The notes under the pieces: model-generated | What the model saw: only the letters and a program-made list of their open reading frames with translations | What the model was told of the DNA's origin: nothing | Database searches by the model: none | Program-made: the position numbers and the translations under genes | In this document: positions 1 to 7,993 of the stretch, one piece after another | Position numbering within the stretch: the stretch's first letter is position 1 | How the letters are laid out: each line of letters begins with the position of its first letter | DNA from: Thermoprotei archaeon | GTDB lineage: Archaea > Thermoproteota > Thermoprotei > Thermofilales > B15-G2 | Direction of reading: 5' to 3' | Assembly (NCBI GenBank): GCA_003650815.1 | Contig: QMSB01000002.1 | Span: forward strand, 1-55,542 | DNA: 55,542 nucleotides

Positions 1-1143
1 AACATACTCCCTACCACCTATCTTATAGTAGTAGAATGTGTCTCCTACTTGTAGAATAAAGTAGTAGGCTTCCCAAGGATACTTATCGAATATTTCTGGG
101 AAGAAGTAGTATGCGTCGCTTAAAGCACTAAAGCATATAGGCCTACTGTAATTCCAATCCATGTTTAAATGAGATGAAATAAATTTGGCTGCTTTAACAA
201 CACCACTATCAGAATAAAAGCCGTAATTAGAGCAATTACCAATAAGCCAAGCAACCTGAACACAAGGCTCAACCCCAATCCCATCAACTAAATCCAATGC
301 CCTAGACAAAACACTAACCCTATCCCTAACCCTAGCATCCCTATCAACCTGATCCAAAACAAGTAAAGCAAGCTTATTATCAGCATAAGGAGCAATTTTC
401 TCAACGAGCTCAGGATAATTTTCGTAAACTGAAACAAGCCAAGAATTACTTTCAACAATTTTCTTTGCTTCATTCAAGCTAAAGTATTTTGAGAGTATTT
501 CGAGAACTTTTTCTTCACTAGTTTTTTTGTAATTAAAGCTTTTTTCATAGCTAGCACTCTTACCCCATTTATCTATAGCGGTTAATTTGATTAAGATGTT
601 TCCTTCATTTACGTTGCTTAATGCTTTGAGTAAGTATTTTCCTTCACTAAGTTTAACTAGAGTATAGTTTGCTGGCTTACTGTTGATGAGTAGGGTGATA
701 TTGAGTAGTGAGTATTCCTGGATTAAAGCAGTTAAATTAAGTTTTCCTAGGTAGGTGTTGTAGTTGATGTTGGATATTTTGGGGGGTTGTGCGTAGAGTT
801 TTTTGAAGGTTGTAGTAGCGTTGTTTTGTGAGTAGTCTACTGCGGATACTGTTAGTTTGTAGTAGCCTTCTTGTTTGTTGTCGTATGGTAGGTTGATGGT
901 TTTTGTTCCGCTCCATTTTCCTTTATATAGTTTTATTATTGTTCCGTTAGGGTATTTGAAGTAAATTAATGTTTCTTTAACACCTTTATTATCTACTATA
1001 GTAATAGTAGCTTTACTGTCTACTATAGTTACTTTAATTGAAGGCTTACTAAAATCAAGTAAGAATACAGTAGATAGAATGGCTGTCAGCAAGATAACTG
1101 AAGTAAATATGAGTAGTTTTTGTCTGCTAGTTACTCTACCCAC
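1..1143 (-). CDS. Membrane-anchored/secreted surface glycoprotein, 3' end runs off the window (not in ORF track)
   Basis: Manual translation from GTG at 1143 (MGRVTSRQKLLIFTSVILLTAILSTVFLLDFSKP...) is open to position 1. It has an N-terminal hydrophobic helix and many N-x-S/T sequons (NGT, NAT, NLT, NIT, NYT, NCS, NYS). Confidence 0.75.
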   Translation of the reverse strand, partial: MGRVTSRQKLLIFTSVILLTAILSTVFLLDFSKPSIKVTIVDSKATITIVDNKGVKETLIYFKYPNGTIIKLYKGKWSGTKTINLPYDNKQEGYYKLTVSAVDYSQNNATTTFKKLYAQPPKISNINYNTYLGKLNLTALIQEYSLLNITLLINSKPANYTLVKLSEGKYLLKALSNVNEGNILIKLTAIDKWGKSASYEKSFNYKKTSEEKVLEILSKYFSLNEAKKIVESNSWLVSVYENYPELVEKIAPYADNKLALLVLDQVDRDARVRDRVSVLSRALDLVDGIGVEPCVQVAWLIGNCSNYGFYSDSGVVKAAKFISSHLNMDWNYSRPICFSALSDAYYFFPEIFDKYPWEAYYFILQVGDTFYYYKIGGREYV

Positions 1144-1313
1144 ATTTATAGTAAGGCTGAAAGAAATAAGTATTTATTTTAGGAGGTCTCTGGGCTTGTG
1201 TTGAGATCTAGCCTGATATTGCTTCTGGTTTTGTATTACAGTTTTGATTGTTTGGTGGGGGAAGTAGGCTAATATTTCTTGTGGAAGTGTTTTTAGGTGG
1301 AGGAGTGGGGTGT

Positions 1314-1808
1314 ATGAGGCATAGGTGGGTGTTTGTTTTGCTTGTGGCTTACTATGTTCCACTGTTGTTCTTCTTGTTTCTTCTTGTGGCGTGGGTTTTC
1401 TTGTCTCGTAATATTCTGATATTTATTGCGAGGGGGTTGATAGTGGGTGTTCCGCTTGTTTTTGTTGCAGTTAAGTTTCCTTGAGTGTTTACTGCTGAAT
1501 TTATTGCGAGTGATCCTGAGCCGAGTGGTGTGCTTCAGCACAGTGTTTTTCCGTGTAAGGTTCTCTGCTATCAGGTTTTGGAGAAGTATGGTCCTTTTAA
1601 TCCGTCTCCGCTGCTGCCTTTAGTTAGGCGCCTTTATGTTGTGAAGAGAAGAGGTAATATCTATGTCTTGGTTGAGCTGCATGGATTCTTTAGTGTGTTG
1701 TTAGGGAGAAGGAAAGGAAGGTTAAGAGTGTTCTTGAGACAGTTTTTAGCTCGTGTAGAGTTGTTGAGTGCTGTGTGGGGACTCTTCGAGATAAGTTTAG
1801 GGAAGTGA
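1314..1808 (+). pseudogene. Membrane protein interrupted by an in-frame TGA at 1482-1484
   Basis: ORFs 1248-1484 and 1485-1808 are contiguous in one frame (KFP*VFTAEF). The N-terminal part has two hydrophobic helices. Confidence 0.5.
1566..1625 (+). repeat. 60-bp diverged direct repeat, copy 1 (copy 2 at 4755-4814)
   Basis: Manual ungapped alignment, 51/60 identical. Confidence 0.8.
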
Positions 1809-3293
1809 AGCTTTTCCCCAAGGACTATGCTAAGAGAATGTTTTACTTCTACAAGATTCCTGGTCTCTCAGACTGTGTTGTGGTTGTCTCTAGGGATGGT
1901 ATAGGAGTGTACTATTTTAGTGAAGGATTTTTCCCGAGGCATATGTTTAATCTTAAGCTGAAGTACGAGTTCAGTGAAGTACTTTTCGGCGCTTTGCTTG
2001 AGAAAGTTTTTGAGGGTAGTTATCCGAGCCAGACGCCTGATTCTGCTAGCAGTGGAGGAGGAACGGTTATTGGTAATAAGATGATTGGAGACGTTGTTAC
2101 AGACGAGTGTATTTTCTTTAAGCCTAGGGGCCATGTTTTAATGGTTGGTAAGACTGGTTCGGGTAAGACTACTTTGCTCGCGAATCTCGTTGACTGCTAT
2201 AAGAAAATGGGGTTTAATGTTGTCGTACTCGATAGCTTTGGTGAGCTGGCTAGTTTGGGTAGGGAAGTTGTTGCTGGTGTAGATTTCTTTGTTAATCCGT
2301 TTGACTTTATGGAGCCTGAAGAAGTACTAGACGTAATTGAGAAGGCTAGTGTTCTTTTCCTCGGAGAGCGGGGAATGTTTTCCTATATGGTTAGAGACGT
2401 TATTGTAAAGGCTCTCAATAGGATTGAGGGGAGTGTTTCTCTTGGAAAGCTTATCGGCGAGCTAGAGGAAATGAGGAGTAGTGAGACTAGAGAAGACATT
2501 AAGAGCGGCTGTGATGCGGCTATAAGGAGACTGAGGCTTTTCAAACACCCCGTTTTTGAGAAGACTTCTCGTCCAGACATGAAGGGGATTTTTGTTATTA
2601 ATTTATCTAATATGAATTCTTCTGTGCGTTTCTTTTTCTCACATATATTGATGGAGCTTCTTTACCGTACGTGGGATCCACGGGAGCCACTGGTGCTGGC
2701 AGTCGATGAATTAATGCCTGTGGAATATGTTCGAGAAGACCGTGTACCCAGTATAGTTGAAGAAATCGCTAAATGCGCACGCAAACTAAACATTATTTTC
2801 ATACTAGGAAACCAGGAGTATAGAACACTGCCGCTAGCAGTTAGGAATATGCCGGAGCACTTTTTTATTTAGGGCTATAGACGTCAAAGAGCTGGAGTAT
2901 TTGTCGAAGCTTATTTCAGGTATTACGGGAAGAAACTATCAGGATGTATATAGAGAGCTGAGCATGCTTCGTGAAGGAGAGTGCTACTATATAACTAAAA
3001 ACTATGCGACGAAAGTGAAGGTGAAGTATTATCCGTTGAAGTGTGTTGAAAGGAGGTCTGTAGTCGATGAGGAGAGACTTATAGCTGTGGCTCGTGAGCA
3101 TAGGGTTAGTGTTGAGAGACTTAGGCGCGTGCTGACGTTAGTTTCTAAAGAAGATTTTCTTGAAGCCTTAAAGAGGAAAGACTACAGGTGGTTAGCTAGG
3201 TATAATTTGGCTCATGTGTCTAGAGGAAAGCTGAGCAGACTCGGCGAAGCTACTGCAGCCTACTATTCTATAGACGTCTCTCAAGTAAGCTAG
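1775..3293 (+). pseudogene. HerA/VirB4-like P-loop ATPase, split by a frameshift at the T6 run 2861-2866
   Basis: Walker A GKTGSGKT, VVVLDSFGE motif, Walker B LAVDE and ARKLNI motif. Removing one T joins ORF 1775-2872 to ORF 2901-3293 (HFLFRAIDVKELEYL). Confidence 0.7.
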
Positions 3294-3344
3294 GTGTTTA
3301 GAGAAATTTTTCATGATAGTTAAGCTACTATTGTATGAAACCTT

Positions 3345-3490
3345 ATTCCTAGCCGACTTCTCTCTATCACTAACCTCAAATTTACTACCTAAACTATCTC
3401 CATTAGTATCTTTATTAAAGGGGTCGGTATGATGCTTATTAACTTCAATCCGATCAGATAGCCCGTCTCCATCGCTATCCTTGTGCTTGT
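3345..3490 (-). pseudogene. Remnant of a Ca-binding DxDGDG (TSP3-like) repeat surface protein
   Basis: DSDGDGLSDRIEVNKHHTDPFNKDTNGDSLG inside a short ORF with no plausible full-length gene. Confidence 0.55.
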
Positions 3491-3825
3491 TCCAACAATT
3501 TAAGCATAATAGCCTAAAGGACCAGCGCAATAAGTCCGCTAATTAAGTAGCCTTCGGTAATGGCGAGACCGTGAGTAAAACGGAGCCTTTCTTATTTTTC
3601 AAATAAGAACTTAGAATTCTCCTCAGTTTTTCCTGATATTAGCTTGATGACGCTTTTCTCCAGCTTCTTAAGTAATCCTATGTATTAGGTTAGGAACAAG
3701 AAAGTATAAAGCTTAAACAATGGAACTATTAACAAATAATTAAATAGGCTACCTTAACGAATAGTCAGTTGAGTAACTGCAGTAAAATCACAACGCTTTT
3801 AAGCCAAAGGTTATCAGTTATACTT

Positions 3826-4026
3826 ATGAAAAAGATTACGATTGAAGTGCCTGAAGAAGTTAGTGAAGAAGAAATTAAGCTAGTTTGTCGGATTCTTGCT
3901 GCTCGAAGGGAGATTTTAAGAGATATTTTAGAGGAATATGGATTGCTAAAGCTGCAAGAAGAGTCGCTTAAAGAATTCCTAGAGTCTGAGCCAGAACTAT
4001 ATAGTGAAGAAGATGTCAAAAGGTGA
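3826..4026 (+). CDS. Putative antitoxin of type II TA pair
   Basis: Small acidic protein (MKKITIEVPEE...ESEPELYSEEDVKR) overlapping the toxin start. Confidence 0.7.
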   Translation: MKKITIEVPEEVSEEEIKLVCRILAARREILRDILEEYGLLKLQEESLKEFLESEPELYSEEDVKR

Positions 4027-4345
4027 CATAGTTCTAGTATACTTTCCTTTTACAGACCTTAAAGGCAGAAAACTTAGACCAGCACTAGTGCTCTACGAAG
4101 GTAAAAGAGACCTAGTTCTAGCATTCATCTCATCGAGACTCGAAAAATATGATCCTAAAACATCGGTAATCATAAGAAAGGAAGACCCAGGATTCGAGGA
4201 AACAGGGCTCAAAGTGTCGTCGATCATAAGGTTAGATAAAATAGCAACAATACACAAAAGCCTAATAGCAGGAAAAATAGGAACTCTTCCACAACACTTT
4301 AGAGAAAAAGTCAACAAGAAAATAAAAACTCTCCTTACAATCTAG
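4013..4345 (+). CDS. mazF: PemK/MazF family mRNA interferase toxin
   Basis: KGDIVLVYFPFTD...K.RPALVL...GLKVSSIIRLDKIATI signature. Confidence 0.9.
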   Translation: MSKGDIVLVYFPFTDLKGRKLRPALVLYEGKRDLVLAFISSRLEKYDPKTSVIIRKEDPGFEETGLKVSSIIRLDKIATIHKSLIAGKIGTLPQHFREKVNKKIKTLLTI

Positions 4346-4461
4346 CTTAACATGCAATTCATTAAGATCAAGAGCCTTGGAAATACCTTGGAGTAGACTT
4401 AATTAATGGAGAAATAGCCTTGGTTAGGGACATTATCGGAGTTCTGTCAGTCAAAAATGAA

Positions 4462-4555
4462 CAACTTTTCTTAGGAGTATTTAAGAAAGTGCTATTAAAA
4501 CGATCGAAAACTCGCTTAACGAGACTTCAACTTTTCTTAGGAGTATTTAGGAAAG
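4462..4555 (+). repeat. Two 28-bp direct repeats (27/28 identical) separated by 38 bp; CRISPR-like geometry
   Basis: CAACTTTTCTTAGGAGTATTTARGAAAG at 4462-4489 and 4528-4555, with an internal dyad TTTCTTA-N8-TAAGAAA. Confidence 0.8.
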
Positions 4556-4754
4556 AAGGCTACAGCTGCTTACTCGGTAAAAGGCTGATGAAATCACTGA
4601 AGAGATAATAACATCAACAGTATAAGACACTAGAGGTCAACGCTTTACGAACACAAGCTCTCCCTACCAAAACTCAAGTTACATTAGTAAACAAAAATGG
4701 CGGGCAGTCTTAGTCGATTCAGCCAACACATATAACTTAATCCCTGATTCTCGA

Positions 4755-4814
4755 TGCTGCCAGGTTTTAGGGAAGTATGGTCCCCTTAATCCTTCTCCGC
4801 TGCTGTCTTCAGTT
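4755..4814 (+). repeat. 60-bp diverged direct repeat, copy 2 (gene remnant)
   Basis: 51/60 identical to 1566-1625. Confidence 0.8.
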
Positions 4815-5740
4815 TTCTTAAATGCTGCTAGAGTACTAGTCTTTTTGTAGATTTCATTATAGCCTATTTCGAAGACTGTTAGTCCTGTCAGGAACATGAT
4901 TAATGAGGCTATAATGAAAGCTATGAAGTCTGAATCCGTAATGGTTATTGCAGCGAACAGTGTTTTTCGCCAAGCTATATAAGTCTATGTATACGGGAGA
5001 CAGCCATCACTAGTCCTCTAAGAGTAACCCGTCTGATGACTCCTAGACAGGCAATGAAGGGTCACCTGACCCCAAGCTAAAAGAGGGGTCTCCACGGCTT
5101 CTCTGCGACTAAACACTTTTCGTTAGTCAACTTCAGTCTGTTCACTATAATACGCACACCTTTACATGACTCTAAGAGCAGATAATCTATGAAAGGTGCT
5201 TTCTACAGCCTACGTATAATATCTCCACAAATTGACAGAAGTTTCAACAAGTAAATAACTTCACGGCAGTCAATAGATTCTGCATTACTGACTGGCATGA
5301 AAATCAGTAAACGTGTGGCAGTTGCCAAAGCACTCGAATGAATATGTGTAGTGCTTCATTGGATAAGTAGATAGAGATGGAGTCGAGAATGGTTGCTGTT
5401 TTAGCGATAATGGGGGTAGTTTTGTCAGCCTTTACTTTAGGACTAGTTTCTGCTTACTAGTGAAGGGCTTGGCTAGAATAAGAGAGAGATGGCAGGAGAC
5501 TTAGTAATGGCTATAGTGCTGACAATAGTTTTCAGCCATTTCCTTTATCTTCAGCTCACTGATGAACCCGGTAGATACGGAAGTAAAGCTAATAGATTTT
5601 AGTCAATAACGACAGCCTGCTAGTAGACTAGTTCTGAGAGTAAGACCTAAGGCAAGTGTTCTATTTGAAGCTACTTTAATTCACTGAATTTAATTTGCAA
5701 GAGGAAGCTTTATTAGTTTGTTTTGTATCGGGGGTGTAGT

Positions 5741-5917
5741 ATGGCGTATGTGGCGAAGACTCTGATGATAGGGAGGTGTAGGCGCTGCGGTAAGAAGGTT
5801 TACAAGGGTGATGACTACCTGTTTTGTGAGAACTGCAAGCTTATCCTGTGTATCGAGTGTAATAAGGAGGCTAGGGGCGTTTGTCCTGCTTGCCAGAGTG
5901 CACTTAAGTTAATGTAA
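5741..5917 (+). CDS. Small 8-Cys zinc-finger (RING/LIM-like) protein
   Basis: Four CxxC pairs in 58 aa; ATG preceded by GGGGTG. Confidence 0.75.
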   Translation: MAYVAKTLMIGRCRRCGKKVYKGDDYLFCENCKLILCIECNKEARGVCPACQSALKLM

Positions 5918-6448
5918 TTGATGTCAAGTGCCGCAAAGTACTACAACATAATCTCTAGTGTATATGATGAGCTTTACGGCGGAGAGCAGAGGAGAAAATA
6001 CGAACTTTTATACCGCTTCCTAGGGAAAGGTCTTCTTCTAGACGCTGGCTGCGGTACAGGACTTTTATCAGAGTTTCTGGCGGAGAGAAAGCTGTGCTGT
6101 GAGTACATAGGCGTAGACGTGTCCATCGGAATGATACAAGTAGCTAGAAGAAAGGGGCGGCGAGGGAGCTTTATTGTCGGATGTGTTGAGTATCTACCAT
6201 TCAGACGCTGTGTCTTCGACTATGTGGTCGCAGTAACGCTTGTCCAGAACTTACTAGACATAGGAGTTTTCATTAAAGAAGCTGTAAGAGTTCTTAGGAA
6301 AGGTGGAGTGCTTATAGTAACTGTTTTACTCAAGAAAAGGGATCTAGTAAACGATGTCTTAGACGCGGCTTTTCATAACGGACTCAGATTGATGTGCTGT
6401 ATCTGGGCGCCGCGGTCAGCTGACGAAATTTTAGTGTTCGTAAAGTAG
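5918..6448 (+). CDS. Class I SAM-dependent methyltransferase
   Basis: LLDAGCGTG motif I, GVDVS, LPF..FD, RVLRKGG. Confidence 0.9.
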   Translation: MMSSAAKYYNIISSVYDELYGGEQRRKYELLYRFLGKGLLLDAGCGTGLLSEFLAERKLCCEYIGVDVSIGMIQVARRKGRRGSFIVGCVEYLPFRRCVFDYVVAVTLVQNLLDIGVFIKEAVRVLRKGGVLIVTVLLKKRDLVNDVLDAAFHNGLRLMCCIWAPRSADEILVFVK

Positions 6449-6472
6449 TTAAACCACGAGGATAAATAGCAA

Positions 6473-7243
6473 GTGATGGAAGGAGAACCTGAGGTTAATG
6501 TTTTTAAGCATGAAGAAGACTTCGTTAGTTTTCTCAAGTCTTCGATAGCTAGGGAAATGGCTATAGTTGTTCTTGGACTCTGTAGCGTTGACTACAGGGG
6601 TCGCGCTCAGTCTAGGCTCGGTGAGGGCATTCACGTGGTTCTAGTGAAGTCGGATGGTGCTGTTCTTGTACACGGACCGGAGGGCTACGAGCCAATAAAC
6701 TATCAGCCTAAGACAACGAGCTTAACCGTATTTAGAGATGGCGAAAAAATAGTATTAAGAGCTGTCAGAACCAGACCCTACGAGGAACTCAAGATAATTT
6801 TCACAAAAATCTACAGTGCTATAGCCTTTAAGACGCACTTTAGACCCGAGTTCATAATGTACGGCAGAGAAGAAGACTTGAGGAGAGCTGTCGTCAGAAA
6901 TCCTGCTCTAGTTGAAGAAGGGCTCAGAGTCGTTGAGATAGAGAGGAAAGTAAGGCCCGGTTTCATCGACTTGCTCTGCGTCGACAAAGAAGGGAAGCTT
7001 GTTGTAATAGAGTTTAAGAGAGAAGAAGCAGGTATTAGTGCTGTTAGACAGCTCTATGAGTATGTTAAGGCACTGAGCAGTGAGCTAGGGCGCCCTGTTA
7101 GGGGTATCTTGGCGGCACCTAGAATTTCTAGGGACGCTAGATCTCTTTTAACCACTTTAGGTCTCGAATATAGGCGTCTCGATTTGCGTAAGTGCATGAG
7201 ATACATGACTATTACCGGGCTGGAGAAGTTTATTAGGAAGTGA
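6473..7243 (+). CDS. nucS: Mismatch-specific endonuclease NucS/EndoMS
   Basis: CSVDYRGRAQSRL, KSDGAVLVH, PINYQP, IDLL..D, IEFKR, QLYEY. Confidence 0.95.
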   Translation: MMEGEPEVNVFKHEEDFVSFLKSSIAREMAIVVLGLCSVDYRGRAQSRLGEGIHVVLVKSDGAVLVHGPEGYEPINYQPKTTSLTVFRDGEKIVLRAVRTRPYEELKIIFTKIYSAIAFKTHFRPEFIMYGREEDLRRAVVRNPALVEEGLRVVEIERKVRPGFIDLLCVDKEGKLVVIEFKREEAGISAVRQLYEYVKALSSELGRPVRGILAAPRISRDARSLLTTLGLEYRRLDLRKCMRYMTITGLEKFIRK

Positions 7244-7257
7244 GATAAGACTATTAC

Positions 7258-7902
7258 ATGACACGTCTTCAAGTGGCTTTAGATCTTACTTCTCTCGAAG
7301 AGGCTATTCGAGTGGCCCGTCTTTCGGCTGAAGCAGGTGTTCACATTCTAGAGGCGGGGACTCCTTTAATTAAATCAGAGGGTATATGCACAGTAAAAAA
7401 GTTGAAAGAGCTATTTCCCGATAAGACTGTGTGTGCTGATATGAAGACTATGGATGCTGGTCGGCTTGAGGCAGAGCTAGCCGTAAGTGCTGGAGCCGAT
7501 ATTGTAACTGTGATGGCTCTCGCCGCTGACGAAACAATAGAAGAGGTTTGTAGTGCTGCTCATAGCGGTGGAGCGAAGGTAATGGTTGATCTAATGAATG
7601 TATCTGACATATTGAGAAGAGCAGAGCAGGTACGTGATCTTGGGGCAGACTATTTGTGTCTGCATGTCGGAGTAGATGTACAGAAGAAGAGGGGAATTAC
7701 TGCGGAGGACTTGGCTAAAGAAGTGAAATCCTTAGTGAAATCTGGGTTTAAAGTAGCTGTAGCAGGGGGTATCAACAAAGAAACTGCCAGAGTATATTCT
7801 GAGCTAAATGTAGAGATAATTATCGTTGGTAAAGCTATAGTAGCTTCTCCTGACCCAGCAAAAGCTACTAGAGAAATTCTCCAGGCAATGTACTGCCGTT
7901 AA
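7258..7902 (+). CDS. hxlA: 3-hexulose-6-phosphate synthase (OMPDC/HUMPS family)
   Basis: LQVALD, EAGTPLIKSEG, ADMKTMDAG, H.GVDVQ, VAGGIN. Confidence 0.85.
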   Translation: MTRLQVALDLTSLEEAIRVARLSAEAGVHILEAGTPLIKSEGICTVKKLKELFPDKTVCADMKTMDAGRLEAELAVSAGADIVTVMALAADETIEEVCSAAHSGGAKVMVDLMNVSDILRRAEQVRDLGADYLCLHVGVDVQKKRGITAEDLAKEVKSLVKSGFKVAVAGGINKETARVYSELNVEIIIVGKAIVASPDPAKATREILQAMYCR

Positions 7903-7993
7903 GGACAGTCTGCTATTAGCTGTTTTCTAAGACCTCTCAGAGAGTAGAGTATATAAAAGCCGGCATGTATTGTAGTGAAGACACTTACTCTGT

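Noticed and set aside
310..348. Telomere-like CCCTA(A/T) tandem repeats
   Set aside because: Explained by minus-strand codons for DRDARVRDRV within the surface-protein ORF.
288..473. 61-aa hydrophobic ORF from the ORF track
   Set aside because: Alternative frame inside the long 1-1143 minus-strand ORF.
1482..1484. Selenocysteine recoding of the in-frame TGA
   Set aside because: No redox motif context or SECIS-like element, and neighbouring genes show decay.
4993..5062. Hammerhead ribozyme around CTGATGA at about 5033
   Set aside because: No GAAA after stem II, no UH cleavage motif before stem I, and no stem III.
5555..5640. Box C/D sRNA (TGATGA...CTGA); similar motifs near 4586, 41650 and 46145
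   Set aside because: Box spacing and D'/C' boxes do not fit the archaeal C/D layout, and no rRNA/tRNA guide could be recognised.
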